Shown: in pieces, positions 30,464 through 39,600 of the stretch
How the letters are laid out: each line of letters begins with the position of its first letter
Numbering within the stretch: the stretch's first letter is position 1
Source: Anaplasma sp.
GTDB lineage: Bacteria > Pseudomonadota > Alphaproteobacteria > Rickettsiales > Anaplasmataceae
Assembly: GCA_052043585.1 (NCBI GenBank)
Contig: JBQEQV010000024.1
Coordinates: forward strand, 1-49,298
DNA: 49,298 bases
Direction: 5' to 3'
Made by a program: the position numbers and the translations under genes
The notes under the pieces: model-generated
Told to the model about the DNA's origin: nothing
The model's database searches: none
What the model saw: only the letters and a program-made list of their open reading frames with translations

Positions 30464-30561
30464 TGCACCTCTGCGCGAAGAGGGTTGCAGGTGTACGGTG
30501 TGCATGGTGTTTTGTGGAAGCACGGTGCTTGCGGCTTGTGGCGCTCTTTGGGTTCCGTTTA

Positions 30562-30590
30562 TTGACAAGCAGATTTGCCTTTTCTATCAT
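30562..30590 (+). promoter_or_regulatory. Sigma70 promoter for tRNA-Leu(GAG), possibly extending into ribA and virB
   Basis: TTGACA-N17-TATCAT, ending 12 nt before the tRNA 5' end. Confidence 0.75.
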
Positions 30591-30602
30591 TGCTGATATC
30601 GC

Positions 30603-30688
30603 GCGGTTGTGGTGGAAATGGTAGACACGCAGCGTTGAGGTCGCTGTGGCCGCTTTAGGCCTTGGAAGTTCGAGTCTTCTTAACCGCA
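30603..30688 (+). tRNA. tRNA-Leu(GAG)
   Basis: Acceptor stem GCGGTTG/TAACCGC, anticodon arm CAGCG-TTGAGGT-CGCTG, long variable arm, T-loop GTTCGAGT. Followed by TCA rather than CCA. Confidence 0.96.
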
Positions 30689-30694
30689 TCATTC

Positions 30695-31807
30695 ATGGAT
30701 CCGAGTGTAATGGGCAGTCCAGTTGGCGAGGCTTTTGGCCTCGGTAATAATCTTGTAGTAAGGTCAGTGCTGGAAATAAGGCGTCGCGCGCCGGTTATGC
30801 TCCATCATGACTCCAGGTATGCGTTGGTCTTTGCAAGCGAGCTACTTGAAGAACACTCTCTGACCGCACTTTCCTCGCTTTCTGACAGAATGTACTTGCT
30901 GCTGACCGCTAATAGGACAGAGTTCATCTCTGGAAGACGTGTGCTCTCCAGAACGCCGGTAGCCGGACTTACACTCGCGGAGATCCACGCTTTCTTGACT
31001 GCATGCCCCAGCGCTTTGCCCAAGACACAGATAGTAGACAGTGCCAACCCCTTGGATGATTATGCGATAGACCTAATGAAATTGGCAACGGTCCTGCCAT
31101 CTGCCCTAATTGTGGACATGGACTTTACAGACGATGAAGCTATGAAACTGTGGTGTACGCAGAATAACATTCTATCCCTGTCATACACTACGTTCTGTGG
31201 CTACCATGAGGGATACAGCCTCCATGAAGTTTGCAGATCGGACCTTTTCCTGCATGACCACATAGCGTCAAAAATACTCGTATACCGGTCAAACATGGTG
31301 GAGCCAGAACACTACGCTATAATCGTGGGAAATCCCGACTTTCGGAATCCCACAGTGCGATTGCATTCCTCATGTTACACGGGCGACCTTCTGGGGAGTT
31401 TGGCATGCGATTGTCGGGGGCAGCTGCTGCTGGCTGTACAGCTACTAGGCAGCACGGATGGGGGAGTAATATTGTACATCTCACAGGAAGGACGCGGCAT
31501 CGGGATCGCAAACAAGATACGGACCTACAACCTGCAAGGGCAAGGGCTGTTCGACACTGTCGACGCCAACAGATTTTTGGGATTCAATGATGATGAAAGG
31601 GTCTTCCTTCCTGCAGCTTCTATCCTAAAAGCCTTAGGAATTACCGAATTCAAAATGTTAACAAGCAACCCAAGTAAAGTCCTGGGTATGCGCCAGCATG
31701 GGTTTAATGTTACAGAGATGGTACCACTCTCGGTAGAAGCCAATCCTCATAACAGTAGTTATTTGAAAACAAAAAGAAAACGGCTTGGTCACGTTGATTG
31801 CGGATGA
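30695..31807 (+). CDS. ribA: GTP cyclohydrolase II with a degenerate N-terminal DHBP-synthase-like domain
   Basis: Motifs RLHSSCYTGD, CDCRGQL, QEGRGIG, DTVDAN, NP.K and YL.TK...LGH. The track start at 30662 lies inside the tRNA, so ATG 30695 or 30710 is more likely. Confidence 0.93.
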   Translation: MDPSVMGSPVGEAFGLGNNLVVRSVLEIRRRAPVMLHHDSRYALVFASELLEEHSLTALSSLSDRMYLLLTANRTEFISGRRVLSRTPVAGLTLAEIHAFLTACPSALPKTQIVDSANPLDDYAIDLMKLATVLPSALIVDMDFTDDEAMKLWCTQNNILSLSYTTFCGYHEGYSLHEVCRSDLFLHDHIASKILVYRSNMVEPEHYAIIVGNPDFRNPTVRLHSSCYTGDLLGSLACDCRGQLLLAVQLLGSTDGGVILYISQEGRGIGIANKIRTYNLQGQGLFDTVDANRFLGFNDDERVFLPAASILKALGITEFKMLTSNPSKVLGMRQHGFNVTEMVPLSVEANPHNSSYLKTKRKRLGHVDCG

Positions 31808-31859
31808 TTTTCCTGTTAACTTGATATAAATAAAAGCGTTGTAGGTTGTGTTCGTGTAT

Positions 31860-31922
31860 TATGCGGACATATCGCATATCTCCGAGGAGGTTTTCCTGAC
31901 CTCCTGTTTTGATTTCGGCAGG
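31860..31922 (+). promoter_or_regulatory. Structured leader of virB8 with a terminator-like hairpin and a 12-codon uORF
   Basis: Hairpins TATGCG/CGCATA (31860-31878) and AGGAGGT/ACCTCCT (31885-31905) followed by GTTTT. uORF at 31861-31899. Confidence 0.4.
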
Positions 31923-31927
31923 TTTGT

Positions 31928-32617
31928 ATGGGCATTTTTGGGTTCGTGAAGAAGGGTGGTGACGCTGCTGTCTCAGCGGACACCAAAGACTGGTACCATG
32001 ACAGGTATAGTTCGGTCACGGTGCAACGGAACATTCTTCTCTTCCTTGTTGTGCTATCCGTATCCTGCATTGCGGTGAGCACTTTCGTTATCTTTAGAAT
32101 AGGAAAGACCAGAACGATTGAGCCGTTCGTGGTCGAGATAGAAAAGAAGTCGGGCATCACCACGTTAGTGAACCCAATTACAGTAAAACAGTACTCCGCA
32201 GATGAGGTGCTGAGTAATTACTTCATCATCGAGTATGTCCGAGCGCGGGAGCTTTATGACCCAAACAACTTCCAATATAACTACTACACCAAAGTGCGTC
32301 TGCTTTCTGCGCAGGAGGCTTACGGCGAGTTTCGTAACTGGATAAGACCCAGTAACCCTTCGAGCCCGATGGCGTTATATTCTGATGTAGTATCCGGCAC
32401 TCTGAAGGTGCGGTCGTTGCAGCACTTAAGCGCGGGAAATGTGCAAGTGCGATTTTCTCTAGAATTTACTAACCACAGTGGATCTGTTACCAAGAGGGAC
32501 AGAATAGCCACTCTATCCTTCAAATACTCCTCTCTTGAAATGAACGACCAAGATAGGCAGGTGAATCCCCTGGGATTTCAGATTACTTACTATAGGGCAG
32601 ACGATGAATTTTTATAA
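31928..32617 (+). CDS. virB8: Type IV secretion protein VirB8
   Basis: Single N-terminal TM, EPFVVE, YVRARE.YD and the terminal NPLGFQIT.YR motif. Confidence 0.96.
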   Translation: MGIFGFVKKGGDAAVSADTKDWYHDRYSSVTVQRNILLFLVVLSVSCIAVSTFVIFRIGKTRTIEPFVVEIEKKSGITTLVNPITVKQYSADEVLSNYFIIEYVRARELYDPNNFQYNYYTKVRLLSAQEAYGEFRNWIRPSNPSSPMALYSDVVSGTLKVRSLQHLSAGNVQVRFSLEFTNHSGSVTKRDRIATLSFKYSSLEMNDQDRQVNPLGFQITYYRADDEFL

Positions 32618-33458
32618 AAGCTTGGTTGCGTTATCAACTGTGTTGGCTGTTGTTTTCGCTGGGGATTCGACTCGGGCTATTGCTGCTGGAAGGGATGCGC
32701 CTATATCTGTGGATAGTAGGATCAAAACTTTTGTGTACAGTCCGAACGAGATATTCACGGTCGTGTTTAATTACGGATACCATTCCTACATAGAGTTCTC
32801 CAAGGGCGAAACCATAAAGGTGATGGCTATGGGGGACAGCACTCACTGGAAGGTAAAACCTGTAGATAACAAGCTGTTCATCATGCCGCTGGAGAGGGAA
32901 GGCACAACCAATATGCTGGTCGAAACCAATAAGGGGCGCAGTTATGCTTTTGACCTGGTGTCAAGGTCTAGCCCTAGCGGCACTGCAGGAGCGGCTGTCG
33001 CGCAAGGAACTGATGCTATCGGCATGGCAGGATCTCCGTTGTCAGATCTTGCGTATGTTGTGCGCTTCTACTACCCCGATAGCAACAGGGAGTTTGACCT
33101 ATTGAACGTTGATGTGTTAGATCTCTCGGCTCCAAGCCTGGTGAGAAGTCCTGCTAAGACAGGCGAGGTTACTATAAAGCCTAACGGTACCAGTAAAAAT
33201 TACGAGTTTTCTGCCAGCAGCGCAGAAGAACAGATAGTGCCGGTGATGACATTCGACGATGGGCTGCTTACGTATTTTCGGTTTCATGAAAACAATAAGG
33301 TAATCCCGAAAATATTCTCTGTGGGAAGGCATGGTAAGAAGAAGGTGCCCTGCAGGATGTTGTTGTTGAACGGCTATGTCATAATCGAAGGGGTGCACAA
33401 AGAGCTACACCTTGATTACGGCAATAGCAGTGTTGGAGTTGTGAATAAGGTGCTTTGA
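32604..33458 (+). CDS. virB9: Type IV secretion protein VirB9
   Basis: Signal peptide, DSRIKTFVY, TNMLVETNKGRSY and FDDG..TYF. Operon position fits. Confidence 0.95.
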   Translation: MNFYKSLVALSTVLAVVFAGDSTRAIAAGRDAPISVDSRIKTFVYSPNEIFTVVFNYGYHSYIEFSKGETIKVMAMGDSTHWKVKPVDNKLFIMPLEREGTTNMLVETNKGRSYAFDLVSRSSPSGTAGAAVAQGTDAIGMAGSPLSDLAYVVRFYYPDSNREFDLLNVDVLDLSAPSLVRSPAKTGEVTIKPNGTSKNYEFSASSAEEQIVPVMTFDDGLLTYFRFHENNKVIPKIFSVGRHGKKKVPCRMLLLNGYVIIEGVHKELHLDYGNSSVGVVNKVL

Positions 33459-33483
33459 AAGTTTATACAGTTGAGTTTAGGCA

Positions 33484-34845
33484 ATGTCAGAGGAAACCAA
33501 GGGCGGTGGCGGCTACGATGATGGCATGGAGGAAAATGTCAACGTAGTCGGGGTACACAAAAGCAAGAAGCTATTCATAGTTTTGGTGGCATGCGCTGTT
33601 ACTGGGATAGGGTACTACGTTTTCTTCCACAGTGATGACGCAAAAGAGCAAGCTGAAGAGCCTCGTCAAGTTGTGGAGAAGCAGGAGAACATAGATAAGC
33701 TGCTCAAAGAGTCAGAAGTTCCCGCACAGGAGACTGCACCCAGAATTATGACCCCACCTCCAAAGCTACCAGAGCTACCTCCCCTAGTCATGCCTAGCAC
33801 CCCTGAGTTGCCAACACTGACTAGAATAAGCAAGAAGAAAAAGGAGGAGGCTGCTCCTGTGGAAGTTGAGGAAACTAAGGAACTGCTGCCTCCCACCGTT
33901 AATAAAAAAGAGATTGAGCCAGAACCCTCTTTTGATGACGATATGGCTCATAATATACCTATGCCATACGGCCAAGTTGGGCCGGCACCGGACTATTCTT
34001 CATCGTCCTCCTACGGGTACGATAGGGAGAGACGTGGTGCGCCTATGATCGCGTTGGGTGGTGGCGCCACCGAAGGGGGGGCCGAAGCCAGCGATTCGAG
34101 TGTTGATAGCCGTTTCAAGTCGTGGGACACACTCGAAGGCACATCCTCACCCAGCGTCAGGGCGACCAAGGTCGGGGATCCCGGGCACGTGATTCTCCAG
34201 GGGCATATGATAGACGCAGTGCTGGAAACAGCCATCAACTCTGACATGCCTGGAGTGCTAAGAGCCATCGTATCCAGAGACGTGTATGCTGAGGCTGGTA
34301 ATGATGTCATGATACCCAAGGGATCTAGATTGATAGGTAGTTATTTCTTCGACGGCGCTGGAAACAGCACCAGAGTCACCGTGAATTGGTCCAGGGTAAT
34401 CTTGCCCCATGGTATAGACATTCAAATAAACTCTGGAGGCACGGATGAGCTGGGGAGAAATGGTACCTCAGGGGTTGTAGATAGTAAGGTCGGAAGCGCT
34501 CTGACATCCACAATTTTGCTAGCCGGGGTTTCTCTGGGTACTGCACTCGTAACCTCAAAGATACCTGAGGTCGGCGGAGAGCCCATCAAGACTAAGACTA
34601 CTACTGGCTCGTCTACCAGTACTACTAAGGAAGGAGAAGGGAGCGGGAAGACGTCCGCTGCAGAGACAACTACTCTGCCAGTCAAGATCGTCTCGGATGC
34701 TGTGAAGGATTTCTCTGAGTCCATCAAGTCCTTAATTAAGAAGTACTCTGATGCCAAGCCAACCATTTATGTTGACCAGGGAACTATAATGAAGGTATTT
34801 GTGAACCAGGACATAGTATTCCCTAAGGACGCCATAAGGAGGTAG
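33484..34845 (+). CDS. virB10: Type IV secretion protein VirB10
   Basis: TM, proline-rich region, TrbI domain (AVLETAINSD.PG, DELGRNG, PTIYVDQG). Confidence 0.96.
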   Translation: MSEETKGGGGYDDGMEENVNVVGVHKSKKLFIVLVACAVTGIGYYVFFHSDDAKEQAEEPRQVVEKQENIDKLLKESEVPAQETAPRIMTPPPKLPELPPLVMPSTPELPTLTRISKKKKEEAAPVEVEETKELLPPTVNKKEIEPEPSFDDDMAHNIPMPYGQVGPAPDYSSSSSYGYDRERRGAPMIALGGGATEGGAEASDSSVDSRFKSWDTLEGTSSPSVRATKVGDPGHVILQGHMIDAVLETAINSDMPGVLRAIVSRDVYAEAGNDVMIPKGSRLIGSYFFDGAGNSTRVTVNWSRVILPHGIDIQINSGGTDELGRNGTSGVVDSKVGSALTSTILLAGVSLGTALVTSKIPEVGGEPIKTKTTTGSSTSTTKEGEGSGKTSAAETTTLPVKIVSDAVKDFSESIKSLIKKYSDAKPTIYVDQGTIMKVFVNQDIVFPKDAIRR

Positions 34846-34926
34846 GGGTACAAGGTGGAAGGAATGAGGTGAATCAATCCCTCGTCGTGGGGGGTACGTT
34901 ATGTATTGGGTGTTGTGTGTGCTTAT

Positions 34927-35925
34927 ATGACAGTAGGATACGCTGCGTTAGAGACATATTTGGAGCCCTTACAGGACATTTTCAACGAGGAAGGTGTCAA
35001 CGAAATCTCAATCAATAAAGCAGGAGAGGTTTGGGTAGAAAACAAGGGGGATATACGGTGCGAGAAGGTTGAGAGTCTCACGCTGTCCCACCTAAAAGCC
35101 CTGGGCAGGCTGGTTGCGCAGGCAACCGAGCAGCAACTTAGTGAGGAGACCCCTCTTTTGTCCGCGTCTCTCCCCAACGGGTTCCGTGTGCAGGTGGTTT
35201 TTCCACCGGCGTGTGAGAGCGACAAGGTAGTGCTGTCTATAAGAAAGCCCTCTACGGTGCAGTTGTCCTTGGACGACTACGAAAAGATGGGTGCGTTTTC
35301 TCATGTAGCTAAGCATGCAGACGCAGTTAGAGATGTAAACAAGGAGCTAGATACCCTGCTCCAGCAAGGAGATATCAAGCGTTTCATAGAGCTTGCCGTC
35401 ATAAGTAAGAAGAATATTGTGGTTAGCGGTGGTACATCAACCGGGAAAACCACGTTCACAAACGCAGCCCTTCGCGCGATCCCCAAGGAAGAGAGAATAA
35501 TAACGGTAGAAGACTCCAGGGAAATAGTGCTGAGCCACGCAAACAGAGTGCATTTGCTTGCATCTAAAGGTGGACAAGGGCGCGCTAAGGTCACCACCCA
35601 GGATTTGATAGAGGCGTGTCTGAGATTAAGGCCTGATAGAATAATCGTTGGGGAGTTGCGGGGTGCAGAGGCGTTCAGCTTCTTGCGGGCAATTAACACT
35701 GGGCACCCTGGTTCTATATCAACGCTGCACGCAGACACCCCAAAAATGGCTATAGAACAGCTTAAGCTTATGGTAATGCAGGCGGACCTGGGACTTCCAC
35801 CTGAGCAAATAGTTAACTACATAACTAACATAGTGGATGTAATAATTCAACTGAAGAGGGAATCGGGGGGGGTAAGACACGTTGCGGAGATCCTGTTCAC
35901 CAAAAGTTCACAGGGCCATGCTTAG
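34927..35925 (+). CDS. virB11: Type IV secretion ATPase VirB11
   Basis: Walker A SGGTSTGKTT, Asp box TVED, LRLRPDRIIVGELRG and the His box NTGHPGSISTLHA. Confidence 0.97.
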   Translation: MTVGYAALETYLEPLQDIFNEEGVNEISINKAGEVWVENKGDIRCEKVESLTLSHLKALGRLVAQATEQQLSEETPLLSASLPNGFRVQVVFPPACESDKVVLSIRKPSTVQLSLDDYEKMGAFSHVAKHADAVRDVNKELDTLLQQGDIKRFIELAVISKKNIVVSGGTSTGKTTFTNAALRAIPKEERIITVEDSREIVLSHANRVHLLASKGGQGRAKVTTQDLIEACLRLRPDRIIVGELRGAEAFSFLRAINTGHPGSISTLHADTPKMAIEQLKLMVMQADLGLPPEQIVNYITNIVDVIIQLKRESGGVRHVAEILFTKSSQGHA

Positions 35926-35960
35926 ACTTCAGACTGTGGGGTTGCCCGACGTAGAAGTCT
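35924..35960 (+). other. Intercistronic stem-loop between virB11 and virD4
   Basis: AGACTTC...GAAGTCT outer stem with an inner GGG-GTTG-CCC hairpin. Confidence 0.4.
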
Positions 35961-35975
35961 TCCCGTTAGTAAGCC

Positions 35976-38231
35976 ATGCACAGTAGCTCTAATCACATAC
36001 GAAACGTCTTAGTGCTCGTCTTCGGGCTCTTTTCCATTCTGGAGTTTTGCTTCTACATCTCCGGGGCGCTTTTTGTTCTGTCCATGTGGGGGCTTGAGTA
36101 TTTGGACTTCAACGCTCTTAACCCAAGCATAGCCGACTTTCCCATGCGGTTGTGGCCCACAATCTTCAATTATATTCAAGGTTGGTGGGTCAATCCGAAG
36201 CTTTATGGCGTCACCAATTCGTTGAAGCTATGGCTCTCTTTTTTCGCGCCTATAGGTTTGCTTGGTGTCGTATGTTGGAACACGCGACATATTCTGATGG
36301 AATGGCGACCCTTCAAGAAGAAGGAGGCATTGCATGGTGACTCCAGATGGGCGTCTGAGCGGGATATACGGAAAATAGGCCTGCGGAGTAGGAAAGGGAT
36401 CCTGCTCGGAAAAGACCAGAGGGGATATTTAGTCGCAGACGGGTATCAGCACGCACTGCTCTTCGCACCTACAGGTTCCGGTAAAGGTGTAGGGTTCGTG
36501 ATTCCAAACCTCCTGTTCTGGGAGGACTCTTTGATAGTGCACGACATAAAGCTGGAAAACTATGACCTCACCAGTGGGTGGAGGAAGAAAATTGGCCAGG
36601 AGGTCTATGTATGGAACCCAGCTCAGCCAGACGGCATAAGTCACTGTTATAACCCGTTGGATTGGATAAGTACTAAGCCCGGTCAGATGGTGGACGACGT
36701 GCAGAAGATAGCAAACCTGATCATGCCTGAGCAGGACTTCTGGTACAACGAAGCTCGTAGTTTGTTCGTGGGAGTCGTGCTGTATCTGTTGGCGGTACCG
36801 GAGAAGGTCAAGTCGTTCGGTGAGGTTGTTAGAACCATGCGTAGCGACGATGTGGTCTACAACCTGGCTGTCGTTTTGGATACCATAGGAAAGAAAATTC
36901 ACCCAGTCGCATACATGAACATAGCTGCCTTCCTGCAAAAGGCAGACAAGGAGCGGTCTGGTGTTGTATCGACGATGAACTCATCGCTGGAACTGTGGGC
37001 TAACCCCCTGATTGATACCACCACCGCGTCTAGTGACTTTAACATACAGGATTTCAAGAAGAAGCGGATCACCGTGTACGTTGGGGTAACACCTGACAAC
37101 CTGACTCGGCTCCGGCCTCTGATGCAGGTGTTTTACCAACAAGCGACTGAGTTCTTGTGTAGGGCGCTGCCTTCAGAGGACGAACCATACGGGGTACTCT
37201 TCATGATGGACGAGTTCCCAACTTTGGGTAAGATGGAGCAATTCCAAAGCGGTATCGCGTACTTCCGTGGTTATAGGGTAAGGTTGTTCTTGATCATACA
37301 AGATACTGAACAGCTGAAGGGAATATACGAGGAAGCGGGGATGAACTCCTTCCTGTCGAACTCCACATACAGAATTACGTTTGCAGCAAACAACATCGAA
37401 ACTGCAAACCTGATCTCTCAACTTATAGGTAACAAGACTGTAAGCCAGGAGTCACTTAACAGACCGAAGTTCTTGGACCTGAACCCTGCGTCGCGTTCCC
37501 TACACATTTCTGATACACAGCGGGCTTTGTTGCTGCCTCAGGAAGTTATTATGCTTCCCAAAGACGAGCAGATTCTCCTGATCGAGTCCACGTACCCTAT
37601 AAAATCGAGGAAGATTAAGTACTACGAAGACAAGAATTTTACGAAAAAACTACTCAAGAGTTCGTTTGTCCCAACACAAGAGCCTTATAACCCAGAAAAG
37701 GCAAGAGCGAATAAGCTTGTGGAGGAGGAGGAAGGGGCCGTATCGGAAGAGATGTCACAGACAGAAGATGAGCAGGCGGCTCTACCATCTATGGAGGATA
37801 GTCCCACAGAGGCAGAGGGCGGTGATCTCACAGAGGAGCTAGAGGATTTCACACATAGTGAAGACAGTGAGTACCTGGAAGGCCTAGACGAAATAGAGGA
37901 AGAAGACGAATTGCTCGACGCTGCAGGTCTGGATGATGTAAGCGATGAGGACGTCGACCACTATGATGAGGAAAGCAACTTCGGCAGCTATGAGCGGAAT
38001 GCTGGCTGGGATGAAGATCCAATAGCTGATGAGGCAGATAGAGTAAAAGATGCTAGCTGGGATGAAGATCCAACAGCTGGTGGGGCAGGCAGCGTGGAAG
38101 AAGACGAAGCTCTCCCCGATGAAGACTTTGCAACATATGACACAGGTTTCGAGGATCCGTATCCAGAAGAGGAGGCAGGAGCGCCCGATGATGCCGCTCA
38201 GGATGACCAGGAGGGGGATTCACGACCCTAA
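35976..38231 (+). CDS. virD4: Type IV coupling protein VirD4 with long acidic C-terminal tail
   Basis: Walker A APTGSGKG, MDEFP, IIQD..QL and two N-terminal TMs. The last ~170 aa are D/E-rich. Confidence 0.97.
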   Translation: MHSSSNHIRNVLVLVFGLFSILEFCFYISGALFVLSMWGLEYLDFNALNPSIADFPMRLWPTIFNYIQGWWVNPKLYGVTNSLKLWLSFFAPIGLLGVVCWNTRHILMEWRPFKKKEALHGDSRWASERDIRKIGLRSRKGILLGKDQRGYLVADGYQHALLFAPTGSGKGVGFVIPNLLFWEDSLIVHDIKLENYDLTSGWRKKIGQEVYVWNPAQPDGISHCYNPLDWISTKPGQMVDDVQKIANLIMPEQDFWYNEARSLFVGVVLYLLAVPEKVKSFGEVVRTMRSDDVVYNLAVVLDTIGKKIHPVAYMNIAAFLQKADKERSGVVSTMNSSLELWANPLIDTTTASSDFNIQDFKKKRITVYVGVTPDNLTRLRPLMQVFYQQATEFLCRALPSEDEPYGVLFMMDEFPTLGKMEQFQSGIAYFRGYRVRLFLIIQDTEQLKGIYEEAGMNSFLSNSTYRITFAANNIETANLISQLIGNKTVSQESLNRPKFLDLNPASRSLHISDTQRALLLPQEVIMLPKDEQILLIESTYPIKSRKIKYYEDKNFTKKLLKSSFVPTQEPYNPEKARANKLVEEEEGAVSEEMSQTEDEQAALPSMEDSPTEAEGGDLTEELEDFTHSEDSEYLEGLDEIEEEDELLDAAGLDDVSDEDVDHYDEESNFGSYERNAGWDEDPIADEADRVKDASWDEDPTAGGAGSVEEDEALPDEDFATYDTGFEDPYPEEEAGAPDDAAQDDQEGDSRP
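37999..38100 (+). repeat. Two-copy 51-bp in-frame tandem repeat in the virD4 tail
   Basis: 37999-38049 versus 38050-38100 match at 42/51 positions. Encodes WDEDPIA and WDEDPTA. Confidence 0.85.
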
Positions 38232-38800
38232 GGTTGCGCCCTTGTATTCATTCCGCGTCGCATCCCCGGGGGTTTTTCAGCTTCATCAAGCGTCTTATTA
38301 GCGCCCCTGTAGCCTCGATGTGATGTCCTTTAGTGCGCTACAATTCTCCTGCAGAGTGCGCCGTAGTTTGGCATCTTGGCAGGCCCTTGAAACGAAGTCG
38401 CCGCTGCGCATTTTATACTCAGCGCTTTTGCATCTCTAGCCTTACGTGATTGTCTATGAGCCTGTCCCCCGGCGATACATCAGGCAGTAATTAGCTTCAT
38501 CTCATGCAGACAGCCCAAGTGCGCCAGCTCCGGTGCTATTCCAGCACCAATCATAACCTCGAAGGAGCGGCCTTGCGGGTAACAGAACACCCCTGCATAA
38601 TACCACCTGCTCCGAGAATAAATTTGCTTCCGCTATGGTTCTGCAGTAATGAGAGGCAGCGCGTAACCCCCTCTGGTAGATTAAGCTTTGACCCCGGTGC
38701 TCATTGATCTGAGGAATACACTCATAAACTCCGGCAGAGCAACCAAGCTGCATAACACAAATATTATTCACCTGCCCAGACTTGAAATACGCGGCCATAG
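38228..38800 (-). pseudogene. Possible decayed minus-strand gene downstream of virD4
   Basis: The ~980 bp gap has no ORF longer than 98 aa. Helical-looking fragments join across a C4 run at 38304-38307, and the terminal stop overlaps the virD4 stop. Confidence 0.25.
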
Positions 38801-39156
38801 CCTGTATATCCCCTGATGCAATTCATCGGTAGCCATGACACCGGCGTTTTATACCGATGCATCTAAAACATCTAGGTGAAATCCATTCCGCGTCGTTCTA
38901 CCAACACCAGGTAACCCCTGGTGCAGAATAATAGACACGTCATTTACCCCACTATCGCGCAGATTCATAGCCTAGGTAGCACCCTGAGAGCCATGGCCAA
39001 CATGCACAACCTTTTGTCGACTAAGCTGAAATCGGTGTGGGATACACCCTTATGCAAGTCTCCAAAGGTAACTTTCCCACCACATCAAGTCGCAAGCACC
39101 ACAGTAGGCCCCTTCGCTCGAAGAAACTCGCCTCCGATTCGCCCCACTAATTAGCC

Positions 39157-39185
39157 TTGACCCCTAGATGGCAGTCGCATATCAT
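39157..39185 (+). promoter_or_regulatory. Sigma70-like promoter of fdxA
   Basis: TTGACC-N17-TATCAT. Confidence 0.6.
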
Positions 39186-39211
39186 GGTGAGGCATAATTG
39201 TCTCCCATTTT

Positions 39212-39583
39212 ATGACCCATTTCGTCACAGACAGGTGCATAAAGTGCAAGTACACGGATTGTGTTGAGGTATGCCCGGTGGATTGCTTCTACGAGGGCAA
39301 CAACATGTTGGTTATCGACCCGGACCAGTGCATAGATTGCGGAATCTGCATACCAGAATGCCCGGTGGAGGCTATAGCAAGCGATGAATTCATGGGGGAC
39401 GTCCTTACTCTGGATGACAGCGCGCTTAATGATCAGCAGAAGAATTTGAAGCACTTTTACGAGCTGAACGCCAAGTTCTCCAAGCAGTGGAAGAACATCA
39501 CCTCCTCTAAGCCTCCTATGGAGGATGCAGAAAAGTACAAAGACGACCTGAACAAGGCACAGTACTTCAACGACAACCTGTAA
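39212..39583 (+). CDS. fdxA: FdxA-type dicluster ferredoxin
   Basis: [21 protein letters not shown] and [16 protein letters not shown]. Confidence 0.95.
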   Translation: MTHFVTDRCIKCKYTDCVEVCPVDCFYEGNNMLVIDPDQCIDCGICIPECPVEAIASDEFMGDVLTLDDSALNDQQKNLKHFYELNAKFSKQWKNITSSKPPMEDAEKYKDDLNKAQYFNDNL

Positions 39584-39600
39584 GGCGCTGCTGTCACGCC

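Noticed and set aside
30662..30694. Track start of ribA at TTG 30662 and the ORF at 4383-4589
   Set aside because: Both read through tRNA-Leu genes (shared EVRVF from the T-arm), so they are artefacts.
31816..31830. CtrA-like TTAA-N7-TAAA upstream of virB8
   Set aside because: Imperfect second half-site in an AT-rich tract, too weak on its own.
7098..35943. Exact 16-bp match TTCAGACTGTGGGGTT at 7098-7113 and 35928-35943
   Set aside because: About 0.3 direct 16-mer matches are expected by chance in 49 kb. One copy is coding, the other intergenic, and the match does not extend.
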